A stretch of DNA of 63,098 nucleotides, counting the filler, from Saprolegnia diclina VS20 (taxonomy: Eukaryota): the NCBI RefSeq assembly GCF_000281045.1. It is 5 parts of 4 records of this genome, joined end to end, with 100 filler letters (N's around TTAATTAATTAA, not from the genome) between each part and the next. Parts side by side here need not be neighbours in the genome. Positions count along the whole stretch, not along the records: positions 1 to 13,668 come from NW_008246223.1; 4 more parts are not named here. One strand, written 5' to 3'. Below the pieces are notes generated by a model. The model saw only the letters and a list, made by a program, of their open reading frames with translations. It did no database searches and had not been told where the DNA came from. How positions within the stretch are numbered: the stretch's first letter is position 1; each line of letters begins with the position of its first letter. This document shows positions 1 through 10,121 of this stretch, in pieces. A program made the translations under genes and the position numbers.

Positions 1-111
1 TCGCCCGACGGCAACGGTACCGTGGCTAACAACTCAGATTGGGCGGTTCATATTCTCAGATCTTAGCACGGTAGTCATGACAGTATGCACTGGACGGGAC
101 ACTCTACCGTG

Positions 112-1032
112 TAAGGTAAAACACCGAAAAACCGACCGATGATTTGCCAAAAATGAAGGTAAACTTTGAAACCATCATACTCATCGACAGAAGCAGCAAT
201 TCGGACGCGGAGCATACCATTGAGAAGAAGAGACATAGAGCTATTTTTTGAGATGTCAATCTCCGATTCAGTACATCATCTCTGATTTGTCTGCAATTTA
301 AAAGACACGTGATGTAATCGATGCGAGTTTGCTTGTAACGAAAAACCGACCGATAGTTTACTTCCAATTTGTATGTAATTTAAAAAATCACGATTAAAAT
401 CAACTTCAACGAATCCATGTGTTTGTTCACGCTCCCAAGAGCGTGGCAATTAAAATGCACAAAATTAAAATGCGACGGCAAAAAAATTACTTGGTCTTAT
501 TTTTCTTGAGCGGCAGCGCGGCAGCAGTGTGCAGCTCTTCGCTCGTGTGCCATGAGGAGTCCGTAGTGACACGCTTGCGCTCACGGCGCGCCCCAGCCTT
601 GGCGGGTATGGTCAGCTTGGTGGTCCGCGCGACTTCTTGCACCTTGATCCATTCCTCAGTGCCCAGGGTCGACCGCACGCCGTTCGTCGTCTGCTTGTTG
701 AGGCGCAACTCCATGGCGGCGAGCGACAGCGGCCAAGCTCCGCACGTCGCGAAGCCTCGCTCAACCGCTGTCTGCTTCGGTACAAGAAGTCGCCATCCCA
801 TCACCACCCTCCCGCCATGGTCGATGAAGCGCGAAAAAAGGCGGGGAAATATTATTACGCCAATGCATTTATTCGCAAAATAATTCGTGATTTGTTGCCA
901 CTTTATTAATTTCAACATGAATAAAATCACACCCAATGAATGGCCAGCTCGTCCAACTTCTGCGGTTTGATTGGTCAAAAGTCAAAATCGGTCGGTTTTT
1001 ATGATCGGTCGGTTTTTCGGTGTTTTACCTTA
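112..1032 (-). mobile_element. Non-autonomous, internally deleted Tc1/mariner-pogo type DNA transposon
   Basis: Perfect 29-bp inverted repeat TAAGGTAAAACACCGAAAAACCGACCGAT at 112-140 and its reverse complement at 1004-1032, with outer TA as the probable TSD. Inner copies of the 14-mer AAAAACCGACCGAT lie at 341-354 and 987-1000 (rc). The minus-strand remnant (~487-790) reads VERGFATCGAWPLSLAAMELRL, like the GFxxxGxWP tail of DDE_1/pogo transposases. Confidence 0.8.
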
Positions 1033-1191
1033 TATTGTCGCTAACCTCGTCTGTTGTTGTTGAATTTTTTTTTGTTGTTGAAATTAACCTCGTCTGTGTC
1101 ACTGAACACGGACGCGGCTAGCTGGCAAGGCTACTGCCGTGCACGGAATGCCCCACCAAGACCCCATTCTTTCATCGACACCGTCGTCAGC

Positions 1192-2355
1192 ATGTTTGGT
1201 CTGAACACGTTTGCCTCGCTCCTCGTCGCGGCCCAGCAATGCGCAATGGCACCGCAGGCCTCGATTCACGTCGCCGAGCCCGTCAAGTTTGATTTGACAT
1301 ACGACGGCTCGGCGCCGCTCGCTGCGTCCATTTACAACCCCGCCAACACGTTCGTGGCCGTGCACTTTGCCAGTCTCAACGTCCCCAAGGGCGGCAAGCT
1401 CACGCTCACGTCGTTCGATGGTGTCGACAGCGTCACGTTCGCCGGCGGCGAATCTAAGACCAACTTCTTTGCCGACTGGCTCACGGCCGGCAAGGGTGGT
1501 GTCAAGATCACATACGACGGCCCGGATTTCAAGCCGGCGGCCGGGGCCGACGACAAGCCGGCGCCGATCTTCACGATCGACAAGTACATGGCGGGCAAGA
1601 AGGGCGCGGTCCTCGAGTCGCTCTGCGGCGACGACAAGTCCAAGCCGGCCCCGTGCTACGCCACGAGCGAGCCGGCCAAGACCAAGACCGGCAAGGCCGT
1701 CGCCCGCCTCTTCATTGGCGGCGAGTACCCCTGTACGGGCTGGCTCGTCGGCTCGGAGGGACATCTGCTCACCAACAATCACTGTATTGGGTCCGCCGAC
1801 GCCGCCAAGAACGTCCAGGTCGAGCTTGGCGCCGAGTGCGCAACGTGCGACGACCCGCTCAACCAAGAGCCGTTCGAGTGCAAGGGTACGATCGTTGCTA
1901 CTGACGTGGCGTTTGTCGCGACGGACGTTGGCGCGGACTTTACGCTCGTCAAGCTCAACCTCAAGGCCAATGTCGACTTGGCCAAATACGGCTACCTGCA
2001 GATGCGCCCGGACGGCCCCAAGCTCAATGAAGAGATTGCGATCCTCGGCCACCCCGCGGGCTGGCCCAAGCGCTTCGCGATTGTCGGCCAGAACGGCAAG
2101 CCTGGCGTCGTCACCAACACGAGCATCGAGTCGTGCCAGCCCGACGAGTTTGGCTATGAGCTCGACACGCAGGGCGGCAACTCTGGGTCGCCTGTCATCT
2201 CGACCAAGGACAGCAGCGTCGTTGGCATCCACAACTGTGGCGGTTGCCCCGATGGTCCCAACGGCGGTATCAAGATCAACAAGGTCGTCGACATCCTCAA
2301 GAAGCTCAACTCGCTCCCCAAGGACTCGATCGTCGGCGACAAGCCCGCGTGCTAA
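1192..2355 (+). CDS. Secreted chymotrypsin-fold (S1, V8/trypsin_2-like) serine protease 1, no lectin
   Basis: Intronless ORF from ATG 1192 with a hydrophobic N-terminus and a pro/beta domain. Triad motifs TNNHC, DFTLVKL and DTQGGNSGSP, followed by GIHNCGG. Confidence 0.92.
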   Translation: MFGLNTFASLLVAAQQCAMAPQASIHVAEPVKFDLTYDGSAPLAASIYNPANTFVAVHFASLNVPKGGKLTLTSFDGVDSVTFAGGESKTNFFADWLTAGKGGVKITYDGPDFKPAAGADDKPAPIFTIDKYMAGKKGAVLESLCGDDKSKPAPCYATSEPAKTKTGKAVARLFIGGEYPCTGWLVGSEGHLLTNNHCIGSADAAKNVQVELGAECATCDDPLNQEPFECKGTIVATDVAFVATDVGADFTLVKLNLKANVDLAKYGYLQMRPDGPKLNEEIAILGHPAGWPKRFAIVGQNGKPGVVTNTSIESCQPDEFGYELDTQGGNSGSPVISTKDSSVVGIHNCGGCPDGPNGGIKINKVVDILKKLNSLPKDSIVGDKPAC

Positions 2356-3096
2356 GCCGTCGACGCCTCCAATTGTCTGCGTTTGACGTTGCATGAGCCA
2401 AATACACAATGCTTTGCGCTTTCTGCTTTGCGCTTTCTGCACGAAAATAAATGAGCAGCCCGGAGGTGAATTGCGGGGAAAGGGGAAGGGGAATTCCGGG
2501 CAATTTCGCACATTTTTCCGCCATTTTCGCTCATTTTGGGCCTCGCTCATTTTTTGCTGGGCTCCGCTCATTTCTACTACTGTAGTAATCCCCAACCCTT
2601 TCTGAGCAGTGGCCAACCGATCATTCAGAAAATGGTGACCAGAGCAAGTGATTTTACGCAGTGTTGAGGTTCCATGCAGGACATTGATCGAGCTATTGGA
2701 CGCAGTGCATAGCAAAACGCGACATGGACGTAGTAGCAGCTGGTCCTTGCTCAGCACAGCAGTGCGAGAGCAGATTTGGAAGCGGCCGCGTGCGCGCCAA
2801 CAAATGCAATCGACATGTCCTCTTTAGTGTGAATCGTCTCGGCCAATCAGAACACCGCGATGCATTTCATTGGCGGAATCCATCTCAGATTTGAAGCATT
2901 TGGCTACCAGTACCACCCAAGGGATATAATATCTCTTGGTACCACCGAACGACGCGACGTCGCTCGACGCAAGGATCTCAGTCCACCTCCTGCGGAAGCC
3001 GTTTGGGACCATTTGATGAATCGATTGGCTCGTACAATGTTGTACAGTCTGGAGGACTTGTCGAGTCCTGCTCGTTTGAGTCGTACTGCACCAAGA

Positions 3097-3133
3097 TCTG
3101 AGTTTGCACTTTCTGAGTTTGCACTTTCTGAGT
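3097..3133. repeat. 15-bp tandem repeat (TCTGAGTTTGCACTT) x~2.5
   Basis: TCTGAG starts at 3097, 3112 and 3127. Confidence 0.85.
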
Positions 3134-3529
3134 CCGCTTTCACGACTGATTTCCCTCCAGAGTTGTCACTGCAGGCCGCTTCACACGACATGTGCTGGAG
3201 ATTCTCCGGCCGACACCAGCCCCAGGTAACAAACCATATTCTGGCCCACGCTCCACAACACAGTGTGAGCAGCGCTACCCATTGCTATTTTATATCCTTC
3301 CTCAGACGCGTTGCGACGCAAAGACACCTATTATGATGGGTTCAACTCGCATTGACTTGGATACAATTGTACCGAGTCATTGGTACGACATGGGGAGAAC
3401 GACGTCATATGGCTTCCGACTCAGAAATGATCTGGTTTCCACTCTCGACGTCAACTCAGATCCAAGGAAGCACAGCATTTGAACCTCACTTTTCCTTTTC
3501 CCCGCTCGCGGTCCTCTACTACCTTCCTC

Positions 3530-4675
3530 ATGTTGGGTGCTGCCAAGTTGCTCTCTCTCTTCGCCGCTGCGGCCGTCGCGCAGCAGTGCACGGTCGTCGA
3601 GCAAGGCATCTACAAGATCGCCGAGAAGACGCCGGTGAGCGTCACCTACAACGGCGACGCTGCGTTCAGCCAGATCTTCCAGAAGGACGGCGCGACGTTC
3701 GCAGCGCCCCACTTCAAGTCGGTCAACGTGCCGGCCAACGGCAAGCTCACCATTACGTCACTCGACGGCAAGAACAGCGAGGTCTTTACCGGCGGCGAGT
3801 CGGCTACGAACGTGCGCGCGAGCTGGACCTCGGGCAAGGGCGTCGTCGTCTCGTACGAAGCGCCGTCGTACACCAAGAGCGCGGTGCCGGTCTTTGAGCT
3901 CGACGAAATTTCGTTTGGCAAGCCGACGCCGCTTATCGAGTCGATTTGCGGTAAGGACGACTCCAAGCCGGCGCCCTGCTACGCCGACGACGCTGCCAAG
4001 ACCAAGTCGGGCAAGGCCGTCGCGCGTCTTCTCATTGGCGGCGATGGTCTCTGCACGGGCTGGCTCATTGGCTCGGAGGGTCACCTCATCACGAACAACC
4101 ACTGCATCGGCAGCGCGGCCGACGCCGCGGACGTCCAGGTCGAGCTCGGCGCCGAGTGCAAGACGTGCGATGACCCGAACAACCAGCAGCAGCTCGCGTG
4201 CGCTGGTGAGATTGTCGCGACGAGCGCGACGTTTATTGTGACGGACACGACGGCGGACTTTGCGCTTGTCAAGCTCAACGTCAAGGACGGCGTCGACATC
4301 AAGAAGTACGGCTACCTCCAGGTGCGCCCGGACGGCCCCAAGCTCAACGAAGAGATCCACATTTTGGGTCACGCCGTCGGCTGGCCCAAGCGGTTCGCCG
4401 TCGTCGTCGACAGCGGCAAGCCCGGTGTCGTCACCAACACGAGCATCGAGTCGTGCCAGCCCGACGAGTTTGGCTACGAGCTCGACACGCAGGGCGGCAA
4501 CTCGGGCTCGCCCATCTTCTCGACCAAGGACAACGTCGTCGTTGGTATTCACAACTGTGGCGGCTGCCCGGACGGCCCCAACGGCGGTATCAAGATCAAC
4601 AAGGTCGTCGACATCCTCAAGGCCAAGAACTTGGTCCCCAAGGACGCGATTGCCGGCGACAAGCCTGCGTGCTAA
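3530..4675 (+). CDS. Secreted S1 serine protease 2, no lectin
   Basis: ATG 3530, signal-like MLGAAKLLSLFAAAAVA, motifs TNNHC / DFALVKL / DTQGGNSGSP. Inr-like CTCACTTTT at ~3485. Confidence 0.93.
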   Translation: MLGAAKLLSLFAAAAVAQQCTVVEQGIYKIAEKTPVSVTYNGDAAFSQIFQKDGATFAAPHFKSVNVPANGKLTITSLDGKNSEVFTGGESATNVRASWTSGKGVVVSYEAPSYTKSAVPVFELDEISFGKPTPLIESICGKDDSKPAPCYADDAAKTKSGKAVARLLIGGDGLCTGWLIGSEGHLITNNHCIGSAADAADVQVELGAECKTCDDPNNQQQLACAGEIVATSATFIVTDTTADFALVKLNVKDGVDIKKYGYLQVRPDGPKLNEEIHILGHAVGWPKRFAVVVDSGKPGVVTNTSIESCQPDEFGYELDTQGGNSGSPIFSTKDNVVVGIHNCGGCPDGPNGGIKINKVVDILKAKNLVPKDAIAGDKPAC

Positions 4676-5206
4676 GTGGTTGGTGCTCTATGTCCATGTG
4701 TCTTGATTTGATAAGCATTTCACAAGCCGAACTGGCTGTAATCAATAACCTTTTTCGAGGTCGACAGAAGTAATTGGCTGGTTTATAGCGTTTGGGAGCG
4801 TTTGGGGCCACAGAACACTCTACTCTGCCGCCAGTTGAAATGCGTACGAGACAATCAACGTGCAAAGTTGACACGAAGTAAACTGCGAGGCCAACAGGTT
4901 ACGATCTACACAAAGCGCACTAAGGTATATAGTTCTTTTCTGCGTCAAATACACGGACTATGTAATGTACTCCAAACTAAGATCGTAGTGCCATCTGAGG
5001 CACCGCGCCAGACGGCTCACATTACGAACCCGAGAATATTCTGTTTGAAATGGCAAGTCACCCATAGTTATCTGTGCATCGCAACTGATTCGAATGGTCA
5101 ACCCTACACCCTACCTAACCCTAATATCAGGGCGCTCGCTTGGCTCACACCGCGTCCACAACTTTGATCAGTCGATGCCGAGACATCCAACTCGAGCTTT
5201 TCGTAT

Positions 5207-5380
5207 AGCCAGCCCGTGCAGAGGAAGCGGCCGCCAATGACGAGCCGCGCGACGGCCTTGCTGGCTTTGAACTTGGCGCTTTCCGACTCGGCGTTGCACA
5301 TCGATGGCTTCGAGTCGTCCTTGCCGCACACCGATTCGAGCTTGGACGCGGGCTTGCCAGTGATGAAGTGGTCGATCTCA
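5207..5380 (-). pseudogene. Orphan 174-bp internal fragment of protease 4
   Basis: Matches 8698-8871 except for one visible substitution (GCGTTGCAC vs GCGTAGCAC). No start or flanking homology. Confidence 0.9.
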
Positions 5381-5593
5381 TACTTCCCGTCGACTAGGGT
5401 TTTGGACCATGTGGATTTCGTGTCGAATGCGAATACATATATATGTATGTACATTGAATAGACTCCTGACGTACTGGTACCGCTGACGCTATCAAACCTG
5501 ATGTTTTTTCATCTTGATCAACATTAATACATATGTTTTGTTGCATACATTCACCAACAATTATACTTTGCGTTTAAACGGTCCTAAATTTTC

Positions 5594-6733
5594 CTAGCAC
5601 GCGGGCTTGGACGACACGACCGCATCCTTGATGACAATGTTCTGCGCCTTGAGAATGTCAAACACCTTGTTGATCTTGATGCCGGCGTTGTCGCCGTCGG
5701 GGCACCCGCCGCAGTTGTGAAGGCCAACAACAACGTTCTCGTCAGTCGAGAGGACGGGCGAGCCCGAGTTGCCGCCCTGCGTATCAAGGCGGTACGCAAA
5801 CTCGTCGGCTTGGCAGCGAGACTGGAAGCTTGTGGTCGTCACAGTGCCGGGACCGTCGAGCGTCGTGACCGCAAAGCGCTTGGGCCAGCCCGCGGCGTGA
5901 CCGATGATGTGGATCGTCTCGTTGAGCTTGGGGCCATCCGGGCGCACCTGGAGGTAGCCGTACTTGGTCAAATCAACACCGTCCTTGACGTTGAGCTTGA
6001 CGAGCGTAAAGTCCGAGGTCGGGCTCGTGGCCAAAAAGGTCGCGCTCGTCGCGACGATCTCGCCCTTGCACGCGAGCTGCTTCTGGTTGTTCGGGTCCTC
6101 GCACGTCTTGCACTCGGCGCCAAATTCAACCTGAACGTCGTTGGCAGCGGCAGCGGTCTTGATGCAGTGGTTGTTGGTGAGCATATGGCCCTCCGAGCCG
6201 ACGAGCCAGCCCGTGCAGAGCGACTGCCCGTTGATGAGAAGACGCGCCACCGCCTTGCCCGACTTGGTCTTGGCAGCATCACTCGCATAGCATGCCGCAG
6301 CCTGCGACTGGTCAGCATCGCAAAGCGCTTCGAGGGGCGACGGCGGCTTCCCAAATGCAACCTCGTCAATCTCAAACACGGGCGACGCCTGCTTGACGTA
6401 CGTCGGGGCTTCGTACGCGACGACAACGCCGGCGCCACTGATCCAGTCGGCACGAATGTTCGTAGCAGACTCGCCGCCGTGGAAGACAACGCTGTCCTTG
6501 CCGTCGAGCGACGTGATGGTGAGCTTGCCGTTGGCCGGCACGTTGATTGACTTGAAGTGGGGCGCCGCGAACGTCGCGCCGGCCCGCTGGACGATCTGGC
6601 TGAATGCAGCGTCGCCGTTGGACACGACGTGCAAAGGCGTCTTGACTGCAACGTCGATCGACGCCTGGTTGCCGCACTGGGTCGCCGCGACGACGGACGC
6701 AAGAAGCGTCAAGAGCTTGGCGCCGCTGAACAT
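5594..6733 (-). CDS. Secreted S1 serine protease 3, no lectin
   Basis: Signal-like MFSGAKLLTLLASVVAA, motifs TNNHC / DFTLVKL / DTQGGNSGSP. Confidence 0.93.
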   Translation of the reverse strand: MFSGAKLLTLLASVVAATQCGNQASIDVAVKTPLHVVSNGDAAFSQIVQRAGATFAAPHFKSINVPANGKLTITSLDGKDSVVFHGGESATNIRADWISGAGVVVAYEAPTYVKQASPVFEIDEVAFGKPPSPLEALCDADQSQAAACYASDAAKTKSGKAVARLLINGQSLCTGWLVGSEGHMLTNNHCIKTAAAANDVQVEFGAECKTCEDPNNQKQLACKGEIVATSATFLATSPTSDFTLVKLNVKDGVDLTKYGYLQVRPDGPKLNETIHIIGHAAGWPKRFAVTTLDGPGTVTTTSFQSRCQADEFAYRLDTQGGNSGSPVLSTDENVVVGLHNCGGCPDGDNAGIKINKVFDILKAQNIVIKDAVVSSKPAC

Positions 6734-7526
6734 TGGTGCCGTTGAGTTGAAAGAGGCGAAAGAAAAAGTGAGTGAACGGCGCGAGACCGAAGCTCCATTG
6801 TGGGTGTCAACTCAGATCGCGCGCAGGCCCTTTCCAGTGTACTGTAGTCGCTTGTCAGATTTCAGGTTATCCAGGACTAGTAAATTGAAGCGGGCTTGAG
6901 TACCGTGCCAAGCAACGAGAACTTGGGTGTTTACCCGTGCAGTGACGGCAGAGATACCCAGCGATGGAATGTACTCAGAACGGCAACATGTGTATGCACC
7001 CGGACCCACTCAGACCCACTCGCGCAGCTACGCTCGTGCGCTCCTGGGCCGCTCGTGTAATCAGCTGTTCGGCCTGAGGCAGTCCATTTTTGTACGTCAT
7101 GATTGGTCTTCTGAGCTCTAGTTGTCTGAGTACGGTCGTGCACGCCGATCTTGTAAACTATAGTATCTACGCAGGATGGAGGAGAGATGTTGAGCAGCTC
7201 TTGCGCATCGCGACACGGCAAATATGTCGTTAGCTTTTGTTTTAACGAAGTTTTTGGCAGTGAAACGGGCTGCGTTGATTGGCGGCGCTTGCTGTGGGAT
7301 GGACTTTACTTCATTGTGCTCACTATGTGCCAAACACACCTGCAGCCAGGTCCACTCGGTGGGCCACTTGTCACGTCAAGTCTGAGAACTCTGGTGAGGT
7401 CCGACCTTTGGTTCTCAGACTGGTGACGTCTGATACGCACGAGAAGATACAGACTATGCGACATGCAGCCCACAATCTCTTGCATGGGGAACCACTAGAG
7501 CTAGTGAACAGACACGATCGATATAT

Positions 7527-9209
7527 TTACGGCTGCAAGGACACGACGTCGAATTGTTGATTGTCGTTGGGCTCAAAGCACGTCCACACCTGCGCTTCGT
7601 GGCTCTCGTTGGTCGGGTCGACGTCCAAGCACAGATTGTCGTGCGTCGCGTGCTTGATCTGGCCGTTGCCGACGATCCACTTTTGGTTGGCGTTGTTGGC
7701 GTCGCACGCGTACGTGTGGAGGCGGTACCGTCCGTGGCGGTGGTCGCGGTACGCGTCCAAGCACTGCTGGTTCTTGACCGACTTGATCGACTGCGTCACT
7801 GCGTCCACCTCGAAGAGCTCGTTCAAGTTGCCGCGCCACACATCCGCAAAGAGGCCCGTGTTCCACTCGGAGAGGTACTTGCCGCGCTTGGTGCGAATCT
7901 GCACGGCCTTGCTTGGGCGGGTAGGGCTAGGGCTAGGGCAAGGGGTCGGCTCTGGCGTCATCGGTGTTTCGGTCGTCGGTGCAGGCGAGGGTGTTGTCGG
8001 TGTCTCCGTCGTCGGCGCCGGGGTCTCAGCTGTTGGTGCAGGCGTCGGTGTCGGCGTCGATGGCGTCGGCGACGGAAGGTCCCCGACGACGGCATCGTTC
8101 GGGAGCGACACGTTGTTTGCCCGCAAGTAGGCGAGAACGTTGTCGATGCGGACACCACCGTTGGTGTGTCGCGTGCAGCCGTCGTCGCTGCCACAGTTGT
8201 GGATCGCTACCACCGTGTTGTCGAGCGTGGTCAGAATTGGAGATCCGGACGAACCGCCTTGGGTGTCGAGGCGGTGACCGACAAAGTCTTGGTCGAGTAC
8301 GTCAGCATAGTCGCACGACTTCTCGGTCAGCGACGTGATAGTACCAAGCGCGTCATCGTCGGTAACAATCGCGAGGCGCTGCGGCCGCCCGGATGGGTGT
8401 TGCGGAATGTACACGGTCTCGTTCAAGACAGGCCCCGACGCGCGGAGCTGCAAATGGCCGTAGGGCGCAAGGTCCACCGTCGTGTTGAGCTGCACAAGAG
8501 CAAAGTCATGGCGCTTGCTCGAGACGAGCAAGTGGACGCTCGACGCCACCTTGACGCCTTCGCACTTGAGCGCGCGGTCGTTGCGCGCGTCGTCGCAGCT
8601 CGGGCACATTGCGCCAAACTCAACTTGGACGTTGGCGGCCTTGGCTGCGTCTTTAATGCAGTGCCAGTTGGTCATCATATGACCCTTGGAGCCCACGAGC
8701 CAGCCCGTGCAGAGGAAGCGGCCGCCAATGACGAGCCGCGCGACGGCCTTGCTGGCTTTGAACTTGGCGCTTTCCGACTCGGCGTAGCACATCGATGGCT
8801 TCGAGTCGTCCTTGCCGCACACCGATTCGAGCTTGGACGCGGGCTTGCCAGTGATGAAGTGGTCGATCTCAAACTTGGCCGCCGTCTCGTAGGAAGGCGC
8901 CGTGTACGTGACGCGGACGCTATCCGTAGCGAGGGTGGCCGAGAAGAGATCGGTGTGGCGGCCCTGATACGACACTTCTTGGGCGCCGTCCAAGGACGCA
9001 ATCTTGAGGGTAGCACCGGCCGGAAGGTCCATCGACACAAAATGCACCGAGATGAAGGAGGCGCCGGTGCGCTCGATGAGCTGCGAAAACGGGGCCGACC
9101 CGTTGCCGTAGATGTGCAACGGGTACTCGAGGCCGAGGTCCAACGGGTCCACCGCAACAGCGGCGGCCAGGCACAGCGCGAAGAGACGAGCAACCAATGT
9201 GGGCGCCAT
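7527..9209 (-). CDS. Secreted S1 serine protease 4 with Pro/Thr linker and one ricin-B lectin domain
   Basis: Signal peptide, motifs TNWHC / DFALVQL / DTQGGSSGSP, PTP/ETP linker, and QxW ricin repeats (CLDA...NANQKW, CLDVDP...NQQF). Confidence 0.93.
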   Translation of the reverse strand: MAPTLVARLFALCLAAAVAVDPLDLGLEYPLHIYGNGSAPFSQLIERTGASFISVHFVSMDLPAGATLKIASLDGAQEVSYQGRHTDLFSATLATDSVRVTYTAPSYETAAKFEIDHFITGKPASKLESVCGKDDSKPSMCYAESESAKFKASKAVARLVIGGRFLCTGWLVGSKGHMMTNWHCIKDAAKAANVQVEFGAMCPSCDDARNDRALKCEGVKVASSVHLLVSSKRHDFALVQLNTTVDLAPYGHLQLRASGPVLNETVYIPQHPSGRPQRLAIVTDDDALGTITSLTEKSCDYADVLDQDFVGHRLDTQGGSSGSPILTTLDNTVVAIHNCGSDDGCTRHTNGGVRIDNVLAYLRANNVSLPNDAVVGDLPSPTPSTPTPTPAPTAETPAPTTETPTTPSPAPTTETPMTPEPTPCPSPSPTRPSKAVQIRTKRGKYLSEWNTGLFADVWRGNLNELFEVDAVTQSIKSVKNQQCLDAYRDHRHGRYRLHTYACDANNANQKWIVGNGQIKHATHDNLCLDVDPTNESHEAQVWTCFEPNDNQQFDVVSLQP

Positions 9210-10121
9210 AATAGAAGAATGGGAATGAAAAGCCGGGTTTCGAGTCGAGATCTAGTCACGTGGCGTGTCGCAGTATATTCGAAAGTCATTACAGAGGGTG
9301 CCGAACGAGACTGGCATAAACGCGTCTGTTTTCCGCGACCTTGACATGCGTGGTGCTAATGTGAGCCTAGGAGCTCTTTCTAAATGACATTATCCTGCTC
9401 AAGACTAGCGAATACGATGCGACCAATGCAAGTCCGAGGTTCCTGCCACTGGCTCAGCGCCCCTCTCACCAGAGCTCTCACCAGTGTAGTTCGACTGCAG
9501 ACGCCATGAGGTTCCGCCGCAAGGTGATGAGGACAGTGTCCTCATCACCTTGATTGCACTTTGCCAAGGACACCGAATGGTCCACGCTCTTCAAGACCCG
9601 AGCCTGCCTTGCGTGTGCGAACGAGCAAGTAAGTGCATACATTGCGCAGGTATTCTTGCTGTGGCCGCGCTGCTAGTATGCAGTGGAGTGAGCCTTGATG
9701 CGTTGTCCGAGCCCCGTGTCCAAATTCCCTATTGCGCGATTTTCATTTTCGCTACACTTCATTGGTCAAATTAATTTTGAATTTCAACCAATCCGATACG
9801 ACTAACGGTTGGTGTGGCCGATGGCAGGTCGACTGGGTCGGCCGAATCGCTCTGAAATCGACATCGCTCGTACCCTGCATGTGGACAGAAGACGCTTTGG
9901 CGAGCTCATTGCGCTACGACACGTTGCCGGGCGAGGCATGGAGCCCAAGCAATCGCGGCCCCAACTAATCGTGGCGTATGCCACATATAACCACACTTGA
10001 CCAAAACTACGGAATCGTCGTCGCAAGTGAGCAAAATGTGAGATGTGAGCACGAATTTCATTCATTCATTCTCATCATCTACGTCGTATGTACATATAGT
10101 GGGTGGTACGGCCGTCGAGGC

